IMG/VR virus record: IMGVR_UViG_3300036853_000446
Location: 1-64,000 of that record
Length of the DNA: 64,000 nt
Reading direction: 5' to 3' (one strand)
The notes under the pieces were generated by a model. The model made no database searches. It saw only the letters and a program-made list of their open reading frames with translations, and was not told where the DNA came from. Below, one piece after another: positions 52,215 through 60,979 of the stretch. Positions within the stretch are counted from its first letter, which is position 1. Each line of letters starts with the position of its first letter. The translations under genes were made by a program, and so were the position numbers.

Positions 52215-52514
52215 TCATGTGCCCACCCGGGATCCGTCCTCCCATGTGAACTCGCCGTCTGGGCCCACGGGCAGATGCGTCCGACAGTTGGCGCAGAAGG
52301 TCCCGCTGTAGAAATGCGGTGCGCGCGCATAAGTCTCCGCAAGATGCTCCGCCATGGTGGTCGCGACACCACATTTCTCGTGAATGTACGTGCGGCGCAC
52401 GGGGCGCACGAAGCCTTTTGCTCGTTCTTCCTCGGACAGCACCAGATAGTTCTTTTGCATGCCGTCTGCGCCAATAGTCGTATCGAGCTTTGCTCGGTCG
52501 TCAACGATGCCCAT
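52215..52514 (-). CDS. Small putative Zn-binding hypothetical protein, 99 aa
   Basis: HEKCG...FCANC ligand pattern; GAAGGGAG SD. Confidence 0.7.
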   Translation of the reverse strand: MGIVDDRAKLDTTIGADGMQKNYLVLSEEERAKGFVRPVRRTYIHEKCGVATTMAEHLAETYARAPHFYSGTFCANCRTHLPVGPDGEFTWEDGSRVGT

Positions 52515-52558
52515 TAGTTGCTCCCTTCACGTTTCATGCCCTTTATTTCATGCCTCAA

Positions 52559-53701
52559 TCAGCCGATCCTCTCGAAGTCCGGGTTTCGCCCGGCGAGGAC
52601 GCCATAGGTGTCGTAGAAGGCCTGAGGCGCAACGGTCGCGATGCCCTCGGGTTCGATGTTGCTGATCGTGAGCGGCAGCGGGACGTGAATCTCCCAATCC
52701 GCCTGCAGCTGCACGGTCATCGTGGTCATGAACTGAAAGTCTTGACCCGTCTCGTCGATCGGCTCCTCGGATTCTCCACCCATCGATACGTCCGTTATCT
52801 CGATCCCCTCCCACGCGAGCACGGGACGCTTCTCGCCCCAGAGATACATGCTCACGAGGTCCGTAATTTCTTCGATCTGGGTCGAGTCCCTCGCGATGAT
52901 CTCTAGGTCGAAGGAAACCTCATGCTTTCCGCCGTAGGCTTGCGCCGCCTCGATTCGCTCGGCGTAGACGACGACGGCGGTCTTTTGCCCAGCCTCCGAG
53001 CGCTTCCCGAAGGCCAGGACGACGCCCGGGAGAGTCGTTGCGTCTGCCGTATTCCAGCGAAACGGAACGGGCCCTATCGACTCGATCGGGTATCGGTAGT
53101 CCGCCGTGATGTAGCTATCGGCGGCGAACGGATGCAGAAAGCGAATGCTGCCGTGTGTTCCGACTTCATAGTCGACACCGGCGTGGAGCATCATCGATCG
53201 GTCTTCGTAAAGTCGTAGGGTCCGCTCGAGCGGCACGTTCTGCAGCTGCCCTTCTGGCTCAAATCCGGTCTGGAATCGAAAAACCGGTTCGTTCGTCACC
53301 GTCCGCAAGGGGTCGATGATGAACGAGCCCGCCTCGCCCGGCGTCGTTGGCGCGCTCAGGATCTCGAGATAATAGACCCCCGGGGGCGTCTCGATGACCC
53401 CGCCATGGGCACGCACGGCCGCCAGGTCCTCTCGTACCCATTCGAGGGGGAATACCGACTCCGCGCCGATCTTCGCCAGCATGACGTGGCTCTGCACGGC
53501 GCCGATGAAATTCGAAGCGTCGAGCTGAATCTTGTTCGCGCTGCTGCCCTGCACGACGATCCCAAATTGCGGCCGCTCGTCGAAGGCGAACCGATTCTGA
53601 ATGAACGGGACGAGCTTCCGGTAAATCGGGTGCCGGCTGAAGCTGTCCTTCAGCTCGAGGATGAGCCGCCGCTTCAACGCGCCGATTAAATAATAGTACG
53701 T
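52559..53701 (-). CDS. Putative tail-completion/terminator-like virion protein, 372-380 aa
   Basis: C-terminal VSFDLEIIARDSTQIEEITDLVSMYLW resembles tail terminator folds. Track start is TTG 53677, but coding-like TYYYLIGA extends to an ACG at 53701. Confidence 0.5.
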   Translation of the reverse strand, partial: TYYYLIGALKRRLILELKDSFSRHPIYRKLVPFIQNRFAFDERPQFGIVVQGSSANKIQLDASNFIGAVQSHVMLAKIGAESVFPLEWVREDLAAVRAHGGVIETPPGVYYLEILSAPTTPGEAGSFIIDPLRTVTNEPVFRFQTGFEPEGQLQNVPLERTLRLYEDRSMMLHAGVDYEVGTHGSIRFLHPFAADSYITADYRYPIESIGPVPFRWNTADATTLPGVVLAFGKRSEAGQKTAVVVYAERIEAAQAYGGKHEVSFDLEIIARDSTQIEEITDLVSMYLWGEKRPVLAWEGIEITDVSMGGESEEPIDETGQDFQFMTTMTVQLQADWEIHVPLPLTISNIEPEGIATVAPQAFYDTYGVLAGRNPDFERIG

Positions 53702-53734
53702 CTTGCTAGCCCGCCTTCCTCTGGAGCACCGCCT

Positions 53735-54772
53735 TCAGCGGCTCGCGTGCTCATCCTGGGCGAGCACCAGCAATCCTTCGGCAACGGCCGTAAGCGGGTT
53801 CGGGGCTTGCCGAACCTCGCTGATCTGGATCGGAAACTTCTTACGAACCCGATCAAATTCCTCTTCGAAGATTTCCATGAACCCGCCCGCCTTGCTGGTC
53901 CCCCCGCTCACGATGAAGGGGATCGGCTCAGGCAAATCGACATTGTTGGCGACCCTCTTGAACTCGCTCGTAATGGCCTTGAAGCAATAATCGATGACGT
54001 TTCGGTAATACATGGCGAGCGCCTGCTGCTCTCGACCCTCGGGATTCTTTAGATCGATTCCACGCTCCTTGATGGCGCACATTTGCGAGGCCGTCTTGCC
54101 GATGGCTCGCCCCGCCTGCTGATCGATCCAATCACCGCCGGCCCTCGAAAGGGCGAATTCCATCCCAGAACTAGCCTGATACGCGAGCGCGATGTTGACC
54201 ATACCAGAACCAAAGCTCACGGCGAGGCCGCTGAATTTCTCCTGAGCGCATTGCGAAAAGATGATGGCCATACCCTCGTTCGTCGGTTGGCCCGAGTATC
54301 CGTGCTCGTCGAGAATCTTCCTGAAGACCTCGGTGTGATAAACGATGTCTTGGCCCGGGTTGTCGATCGGCTCTGCCGGCACGCTGTAGAAGCAGAACTC
54401 CCGGGAAACGCGCGGCACGCCAACTACTCTCTTGATCAACTGGCTGATAATCCACTGCGCGTCCAATTCGCCCGCGGAAATGACCCCTCGACTCAGAGGG
54501 CGCCGCACCTCCCGCTTGAAGAGGTTCGCCATCGTCAAGGCGCCCTCGCCAATGACGATGATATCGTCCGAGCCCTCCTTCTTGATGTAATCCACGTTGC
54601 TCATCCGGAGCGATCGTTTGGCGTCCGCCTCCAGATCCAGGAAGGCATCTCGGATCGAGATGGTCACAGTCTTCGCCTCCGATTTGCGTGCCGAAACAAG
54701 GTTGCCAGTGCCGATGTCTAACCCAACACCCAGGGGTTCTCGTATATCGTCGTTCTTCATCTTCATTTCCAT
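53735..54772 (-). CDS. Actin-fold ATPase (MreB/MamK/ParM-like), 341-345 aa
   Basis: Phosphate-1 GLDIGTGNLV; RPLSRGVI; YSVPA; connect-1 NEGMAII; phosphate-2 VSFGSGMVNIA; AGGDWID; adenosine IVSGGTSKAGG; connect-2 PLTAVAEG. Confidence 0.85.
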   Translation of the reverse strand: MEMKMKNDDIREPLGVGLDIGTGNLVSARKSEAKTVTISIRDAFLDLEADAKRSLRMSNVDYIKKEGSDDIIVIGEGALTMANLFKREVRRPLSRGVISAGELDAQWIISQLIKRVVGVPRVSREFCFYSVPAEPIDNPGQDIVYHTEVFRKILDEHGYSGQPTNEGMAIIFSQCAQEKFSGLAVSFGSGMVNIALAYQASSGMEFALSRAGGDWIDQQAGRAIGKTASQMCAIKERGIDLKNPEGREQQALAMYYRNVIDYCFKAITSEFKRVANNVDLPEPIPFIVSGGTSKAGGFMEIFEEEFDRVRKKFPIQISEVRQAPNPLTAVAEGLLVLAQDEHASR

Positions 54773-54794
54773 CTTGAGTCATACGGCGTTCAAA

Positions 54795-55490
54795 TCAACG
54801 CGCGTACTCGTACACCGCAGACTCTCTCTGCTGGAGCAGGTAGACGAAGGTCTCGTGGAGGTCTGCAACGCCCTGCAAGAGGTTGTCTGCGCCCGGCGTG
54901 AGGCTTTCGGTGGATGATAGAACGGAGAGCGTCTCATCAACGATCGCGAGCACGAGGGACTCCACCCTGAGGCTCGCCTTGACCAGATTTGCCGCGGAGG
55001 CGTCCGGGCTGGCGACGGCCCCAACCATCTGCGCAATCTGCTCGGCCTGACGCGACGGGGTGACCAAATCGGCCGACCCGAGCCCAACGGCCTTCTCCGC
55101 GACTTGATCGATGAATGACTGAGAATCTTTATAGAGGCGATCAAAAAGCAGGTGGTCGGCGTAATAGCTCGGCCCCGATGTCTGCCAATGATGGGTCTGG
55201 TGAAGGAACGAGGCCGCGCGAAGCACGGACAGCACGGCACTCAAGGGGCTCCCCTCTATGCCGCTCCCGAGGCCGCTCCCGATAAAACGTCGAGCCACCC
55301 GCGGGCTCACGTGAGCGCTGGCGACTCGTCGGACGACGGCCTTCGCCTCTCGTGCCATCCGGACGGGCATGTACGGAGGTCCGTGGCGGAGCGGGTCGTA
55401 TTTCGTCGGATCGTGCCAGACGACTTCGGTTCCCTCTTCTCGAGGGTTCGGAGCGGCGCTCTCACAGCCGCACGCCTTCTTCGGGGTCAT
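54795..55490 (-). CDS. Dps/ferritin-like protein with ~85-aa N-terminal extension, 231 aa
   Basis: HQTHHWQTSGPSYYADHLLFDRLY...IDQVAEK matches the Dps ferroxidase pattern H-W-x3-G...H-x2-F-x3-Y...D-x2-A-E. Confidence 0.8.
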   Translation of the reverse strand: MTPKKACGCESAAPNPREEGTEVVWHDPTKYDPLRHGPPYMPVRMAREAKAVVRRVASAHVSPRVARRFIGSGLGSGIEGSPLSAVLSVLRAASFLHQTHHWQTSGPSYYADHLLFDRLYKDSQSFIDQVAEKAVGLGSADLVTPSRQAEQIAQMVGAVASPDASAANLVKASLRVESLVLAIVDETLSVLSSTESLTPGADNLLQGVADLHETFVYLLQQRESAVYEYAR

Positions 55491-55513
55491 GCCCCGGGCG
55501 GTCCATCAAAACA

Positions 55514-56179
55514 TCAGGCGGATTTGCCGCGCAGAGATCGCAGCGCCGCGACGGCTTCGTCGAGGTTGCTGATCGACGTGCCTTCCCTGGGATTGATCCG
55601 CACTTCGGCAGCCTCTAAAGTCGTCGGCGGAATGAAATGCGGAACGGCTGCGGCCGTCCGTGCCGGACCGCCGATCCAGGGTGCACGGAACTGTGGGGGC
55701 TGAGGGACCGGGCCCTGGCGAAGAGTCAGCGTTTCGACGGCCCGCTGAATGTTCCAGAGCTGCTCGGTCATGGTGGTCAGAGTCCCCTGCAGCGCCTCGT
55801 TCAGAGCCTGCAGACGCCGGCACTCCTCCCGGCTCGCCTCTAGCTCGACGACCAGGGCCTCCCTCTCCCCCCAGGAGGCCGTCGAAGGCACCACGTCGGC
55901 CTTTGGCGCGGGGACGAAGGGGGCAATCCCTCGACCTCGAAGACTCGGGTTCAGCTGAGGGACTGACTCCTGCTTCATGACCATACCACCCGTGCCACTC
56001 CCCATAACGCTACCGAGTCGCATGACCCGTCGCTGCTGCAGCGCCTCGACGAGGTCCTGCGACCGTTCGGCAAGATGCGCCGGGATCTGGATTGGCACCC
56101 GCTGCGGAACGGTCGTTCGAATGTCCTCGAGATGGCACCCCCCTTGGACCAATCCAATGACGGTGACACCGCCCGTCAC
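55514..56179 (-). CDS. Hypothetical coiled-coil protein, 221 aa
   Basis: GTG 56179 overlaps the upstream TGA (GTGA), preferred to track start 56311; heptad-like ELEASREECRRLQALNEALQGTL. Confidence 0.65.
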   Translation of the reverse strand: MTGGVTVIGLVQGGCHLEDIRTTVPQRVPIQIPAHLAERSQDLVEALQQRRVMRLGSVMGSGTGGMVMKQESVPQLNPSLRGRGIAPFVPAPKADVVPSTASWGEREALVVELEASREECRRLQALNEALQGTLTTMTEQLWNIQRAVETLTLRQGPVPQPPQFRAPWIGGPARTAAAVPHFIPPTTLEAAEVRINPREGTSISNLDEAVAALRSLRGKSA

Positions 56180-56691
56180 CGCTGCGCCTTTGCCAGCCCA
56201 ATGCGAATTTCTCGACGGAACTCCTTCGCCAGTCGCGCCATGATCACCTTGCGTGTCTCCACTCGCGCCTTCTCGAGGATGGTGGTTGGCTTCCTCTGAG
56301 GATGGTACCACGAGCCGTTTTCCATCGATCTCGGGGTGGCGTTGCGAAAGATGAGTTTACCCTCGTGCGTGATGATGGGGATGGGACGCTGCGCCTTCAC
56401 GAGCCAGCGCATCTGTTGGTGCTTGCGGCCCTCGAGAAGGGGCCGAAACGCCGGGTGCTTGGCGACGACCGTGATGCTGTGAGGGCCACGCCGGATCTCG
56501 AAACCGTTGCACAGGGCGGTCTTCGCTCGATGTGAGAAGGTACTCTGAAGGATCCGGCTCTGAAGTTGTTTGACGATCTGACGTTGAACGGACTTCAAAA
56601 GTCTCGGGACGTTGACCTTCTCGAGAGCCCCCGGTGGGAGAAGGGGCTTCAGGTTGATGCGCGCGACTTTGACGTTGGGTTGCTGGTACAT
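56176..56691 (-). CDS. Basic putative neck/tail-completion protein (HK97 gp10-like), 171 aa
   Basis: Very basic; SWYHPQRKPTTILEKARVE resembles the gp10-type HPG-x-P-x-x-F/L motif; position fits. Confidence 0.45.
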   Translation of the reverse strand: MYQQPNVKVARINLKPLLPPGALEKVNVPRLLKSVQRQIVKQLQSRILQSTFSHRAKTALCNGFEIRRGPHSITVVAKHPAFRPLLEGRKHQQMRWLVKAQRPIPIITHEGKLIFRNATPRSMENGSWYHPQRKPTTILEKARVETRKVIMARLAKEFRREIRIGLAKAQR

Positions 56692-56695
56692 AGGC

Positions 56696-58048
56696 TCAGT
56701 AGGTCAGATTCTCCCAGGTCTTCGTACGCCCGCGGAGTTCCCGCTCGTTCGGGATATTCGGTTTCGACGTCTCGACGACCGGCGACAGGCCGGGTGGCAA
56801 CACCTGCTCGACGGTGAGCCCCTGCAAGTTGTCGATGGGAAGCCTGTACCGGATGTCCTTCTCGTCGATGTAGCCGATGTTGAAATGCTGTTGAAGAATC
56901 ATCCCGCGGTTCGTCGGCATGCGCACCGGCCCTATCGAGTACCGCTCTCCGTTGATGCGAACGATGAAATCCCGTTGGCTCAAGAGAGGCGCTGGCCCCG
57001 TCCAAACGTCCATGACGTGCTCCAGGTTTCGCCCTCGCGCCGTTTGGTTGATGCGGCGCTCGGCGTCGTCAGGAGCGAACACGATCGCGTAAGGCCCCTC
57101 GTAGCCCCGCAGAATTCCTGTCCCATAACAGTCGGGGCAGTCATTGAGTGGCTGCTTGTGCGTCTCGTATCGCACGCACGAGCACGGCTCGCCCACGGTC
57201 TTCCGGATGTAAACCAGACCGCGTTCGCCCCCCTGTTGCAAGATCCATTGGTTACGACGGACCGCCTCGCGCCAGATCCAGTCGACCTTCTCGATCTCTT
57301 TGGAATTCGTCATGGCCGCCCGCTCGAGCGGCGTCTCGCGAATCTCTTCGACTCGAATCACGTCAAGGTCCGCCCGTATGGGCACCCCAACCGTGGTCAC
57401 GCGGTAGAAGACCCGCGTGCTCAGGTCCGTTCGAACGAGGGTGTTGTTGTACCGATAGCTGACTCGGACAACGGTCGACTCCGCGGGGACCGGCGACGGG
57501 ATCATCTTCTGAGTCGCCACGTCCGGAAACTGGCGCGTTTCGATCTCGATTTCACCCGTCTCGCCGACGACCCTCTTGATGTGCGCGGGCTCCCCATCGA
57601 TGGTGACCCGCACCTCGGCAATGTTCGCCTCCGCAAACGCCTGTGAACCTGCGATGACGATCGGCGATCGCAGCGTCCGGAACACGTAGCGAGGGGGATT
57701 CGTCTCGCTGCCCGCGGCTTCTCCCCGCAAGACCCATTGCGAGTCTTCCACCACTTCGTCGACCACGATGACGTTGTCCGTGCGGTCGCGGTAGAAGCGC
57801 GCGCCGACGGGCAGCTCAGTCAGACGGTAGTAGGGGCCAAACTCGCTGTCGAAGCTCTGGTAGACATTGACCCCCAAGATGACGAACCTCGAATTCGCCG
57901 TCAAAGACGCCGGGTCATCCCAACAGAGGTCGAAAATCCCTGGCTGGTACCCGCTCGTCAGGAACAGGTTCAACGGCGGCACGGGGTACGCCGGGTTTTC
58001 CAGCTCTAGGTCGTGGGGGCTTCGATCCCGTTGCGAGGCGTATGGCAC
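56696..58048 (-). CDS. Putative head-closure/neck protein with FN3-like N-terminus and Zn finger, 450 aa
   Basis: GEPCSC...NDCPDCYGTG; C-terminal DFIVRINGERYSIGPV resembles head-closure beta-barrels. Confidence 0.5.
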   Translation of the reverse strand: MPYASQRDRSPHDLELENPAYPVPPLNLFLTSGYQPGIFDLCWDDPASLTANSRFVILGVNVYQSFDSEFGPYYRLTELPVGARFYRDRTDNVIVVDEVVEDSQWVLRGEAAGSETNPPRYVFRTLRSPIVIAGSQAFAEANIAEVRVTIDGEPAHIKRVVGETGEIEIETRQFPDVATQKMIPSPVPAESTVVRVSYRYNNTLVRTDLSTRVFYRVTTVGVPIRADLDVIRVEEIRETPLERAAMTNSKEIEKVDWIWREAVRRNQWILQQGGERGLVYIRKTVGEPCSCVRYETHKQPLNDCPDCYGTGILRGYEGPYAIVFAPDDAERRINQTARGRNLEHVMDVWTGPAPLLSQRDFIVRINGERYSIGPVRMPTNRGMILQQHFNIGYIDEKDIRYRLPIDNLQGLTVEQVLPPGLSPVVETSKPNIPNERELRGRTKTWENLTY

Positions 58049-58087
58049 GGCTCATGGAGCTGCGTCACAAATGGAATCGTCTCGTTG

Positions 58088-58399
58088 TCAGGTCTCCGCA
58101 GAAGGCGCCGGCTGGATGGGCGCTGGCTGGGTATCGCCAGCCCTCAGCCTAGCCCGAACCATAACCTCGCCCGTTCGCAGGTGAATATTCATGTCGGCGT
58201 CCTCCGGAATCCCCCGCTCCTTGGCAACGCGCCGGTAGAGGGCCGCCTTGTCCTCCCTGAGTCGTTTCCCCGCGGCAAGAAACGAGATCTTCTCCATCTC
58301 CAGATTATAGATCTGGTCGGCAAGGCCTTCCTCCGCCGAAGTCAACTCGTGCAGGTGAGCGAGTTCTTCGGCACTGACGGGCTCAAAAGGGGCGGGCAT
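58088..58399 (-). CDS. Hypothetical coiled-coil protein, 103 aa
   Basis: ORF on the coding strand; CAGGGA SD-like. Confidence 0.65.
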   Translation of the reverse strand: MPAPFEPVSAEELAHLHELTSAEEGLADQIYNLEMEKISFLAAGKRLREDKAALYRRVAKERGIPEDADMNIHLRTGEVMVRARLRAGDTQPAPIQPAPSAET

Positions 58400-58553
58400 T
58401 GTCCCTGGGCTTTACACCGCGCCGCCGGGATCGTTGAAAGCGTAGCCCCGAACGTGAACGACTAGGCTCTAGCCAAGCTCGCGCAGCTTGGCGATCACAC
58501 GGTCACGCCCCATGCATCTGCCGCAGGAGAACGACACGTCGAACGTTATGGCG

Positions 58554-59798
58554 TCATCCCACCAGCTTACACCAATTTGCCACACAGCTGACGATGGCAG
58601 CAGGGTCCCGTACAAATTCTGATTCCCAGATCACTAGACACTCAATTCCAACCTCCAAAAATGCGTCGATGACCTCTTGCTCGTGCTCCCAGATATCTTT
58701 CCCTGTAAATGCCTCCGAATGCCAGTAGTCGCCGAAGACTTCCACTACCTTCCTAATACCCCGATTGGCTAGCACGACTTCTGGCCCCGGCAGAACGAAG
58801 TCAGGGTTCTTGTGACATTTCAGCTTAGGAAGCCATACCCAATAGCTTCCATCACCGGTATATAGAAGCTGCGTCAAACACTCGGCGAAACGACGTTCCA
58901 GCCCGTTTGGACCCGGACGCCTGAAGTCCTTCCAAGCCGCTCGTGCCACCTCTGCATTTTGCATGGCATATGGGACACCGTATCGCGCAATCGAAGTCTT
59001 CTTAGCCTTATCATGAATGACTGGATTCTGCAGCGGGTGAGTCACCCCGTAACGCACCAAACACGTCTGCTCTCGACGTTGCTGCACCTGCAGGTTTTGA
59101 AGGGGACTACAAACGCCATATACCTTCAAACAGGTCGTGCGCATCTTGTCGACAATTTCAGCAGAAGCTGACGGCGCGGGACCGCCAAATCGTAAGATGC
59201 ACGTTGCCCTTCTCTTACTAATAGCACCCGGGATTGCACCCGTAGCTTCCACTCCGTACCTAAGTAAGCACGTTCCTCTCAGCCGGACACGGATCTCTTC
59301 CGATTGCAACGGGCTCGACACACCGTAGTTGATTTTTAGCGTGGCTACCTGACGTGCCTTTGTCTCCGATACTCGCATCGGATTTGCATCTCCTTTAGGG
59401 AATCTTCCTCGTTTCGGAGCGCGCTTCCTTTCAATGCTCTCGTACAATGGTGACTCCTTACAGAAGACATTTTCAACGCCATACTTCGTTTTTAGAGTCA
59501 ACTTACGCCGCTCTTCCAATCCCGGAATTTTTCGAAAAGATTCAGTGCCGTACCGCTCTAAGAGCGTTGCTTTCTGCCGAACACTCTGGACATCCCTACT
59601 GCGCGATAGCCATACCGAGCAACACTTGTGATGGCTCGCCATCCGACTTTCGTTAATAGCCGCGAACCCACACAGGCAATCCCTTGGGGTCAAATCCCCG
59701 AGAACAAGCTTCCAACCGCTACAGACGGCTTTGTGGCGTGAGTTTATACTGTCGGAGTTTGGGAAGTGCTTTCGACAGTGTGGACAGGTAACCGGCAT
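58554..59798 (-). mobile_element. Free-standing homing-endonuclease-like gene (Zn fingers + KxTxLxRYG repeats + Vsr/DUF559-like PD-(D/E)xK nuclease), 414 aa
   Basis: N-terminal CPHC/CLCG; about 7 repeats such as KATLLERYG, KLTLKTKYG, RGTCLLRYG, EQTCLVRYG; C-terminal NPDFVL...VVEVFGDYWH...IWESE; GC about 47% in a counted 60-nt sample, well below the flanks. Confidence 0.8.
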
Positions 59799-59815
59799 TT
59801 ATTGAGATACACCGG

Positions 59816-60700
59816 TCATCCCATGAACTTCTGTGGTGTGAGGACACCTCGGCCGCTATAGGGTCCAAAGGAACTACGGATCCCAATTCCGAAGCGGGGC
59901 TGTTGTAAACCCTTGATTACACGGACAGTTTGTTTGGCTTTCTCGAGTTGGCCTTCGAAGAGATCTTTGAAATTGTTGGCGGCGGCCTCGTACTTGCTCG
60001 ACTTGTCCAGATTGAGACTCACGCCACCAATCGAATAATCGAACTCTTCGGAAATCCAGTTGATCATGAGAGCAAGCAGCGCGTAGTTTGCAGCGCCCGT
60101 CAGCAGCAGCGTTCGCCACTCGGGCTTCCATTGACTCATGACGCTCATGTTCTGAAACGGCGTCCGAGGTGGCGATGCGATGACCGCGTCGAGCGCACGC
60201 TCCAGGAACTCTTTCAGCTCGACATCCTCCCAGATGTAGCCGAACACGCGGTTGAACTGGCTGACGGTCTCCTCGTGCGCAGGAGGCCTAAACCTATAAT
60301 TTCTATCAGGATTTGAATCTCTGAGCATGATCCTGAGTCGACGCACGAGGTCAGCCTCGCAATCGTTCATGTTCAAGCTCATGACCGTCTTGTCGATGAC
60401 CTCGAACTCCTGGATGGCCTGATGGACGGGCCCGCCAACGGTCTCGCGGAACGTCCAGCGAGCCCGATAGACCCCGATGTTGGCGTCGAGCGGGATGATG
60501 ATGCTCGCGTAATACTTGCCAACCTCCGGGCTCGCCGGTGAGCGCCGCGGCGCGCCCAAGAGAACCTCCCGCCCCGTCGTGAAGTCGTAGAGGGTGTAGT
60601 AGACCTCGGCCGCATTCGAGGGCGTCCCCGAACTGTTTTCCAAGAAGATGTTGAGGTCCTCTGGACCTAGCTGCTGACCTTTAAAGAATGCGACAGACAT
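59816..60700 (-). CDS. Putative head-tail adaptor (neck) protein, 294 aa
   Basis: LVRRLRIMLRD...WEDVELKEFL...LLLTGA...FDYSIGGVSLNL pattern resembles gp15/gp6-type adaptors. Confidence 0.55.
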   Translation of the reverse strand: MSVAFFKGQQLGPEDLNIFLENSSGTPSNAAEVYYTLYDFTTGREVLLGAPRRSPASPEVGKYYASIIIPLDANIGVYRARWTFRETVGGPVHQAIQEFEVIDKTVMSLNMNDCEADLVRRLRIMLRDSNPDRNYRFRPPAHEETVSQFNRVFGYIWEDVELKEFLERALDAVIASPPRTPFQNMSVMSQWKPEWRTLLLTGAANYALLALMINWISEEFDYSIGGVSLNLDKSSKYEAAANNFKDLFEGQLEKAKQTVRVIKGLQQPRFGIGIRSSFGPYSGRGVLTPQKFMG

Positions 60701-60703
60701 GAT

Positions 60704-60976
60704 TCAACGCTCGCTCCGCCAGCCCTTGCCTTCGAGGCGGTCCTTCGCTGCGGCGCAAAACGCGCCGGGGTCATCGATATTACCGGTCATCTGCTCAATG
60801 CAGCGCGTGACCTCGTGTTCGCCGCCTCCGCTCAGATTGTCCCAGAATTTCTTCAGGCTCTTCTCGGTCCATCCCTTCGGGAGCGATTTCCAGCGGTCCG
60901 CGGTGCGCGAGACCTCTCGGCGCGCGAGATAACGACCGAGGTAGCGGCTGACGACTCTTCGTGAGGTGTCGTCCAC
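60704..60976 (-). CDS. Small hypothetical protein, 90 aa
   Basis: GTG start 3 nt after the upstream stop; RVVSRYL motif; Cys pair TRCI...AFCA. Confidence 0.65.
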   Translation of the reverse strand: MDDTSRRVVSRYLGRYLARREVSRTADRWKSLPKGWTEKSLKKFWDNLSGGGEHEVTRCIEQMTGNIDDPGAFCAAAKDRLEGKGWRSER

Positions 60977-60979
60977 GTC

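Noticed and set aside
40854-57646. Long plus-strand ORFs such as 40854..41720, 47171..48160, 25551..26858 and 56612..57646
   Set aside because: Almost entirely antisense to well-supported minus-strand genes; no recognisable motifs or SD.
58469-58513. 14-aa ORF MGRDRVIAKLRELG after the endonuclease
   Set aside because: Coding-like and possibly a relic, but too short and without SD to support.
58400-59815. Group I intron housing the endonuclease
   Set aside because: Flanking genes look complete with their own start and stop; no intron core elements or split reading frame recognised.
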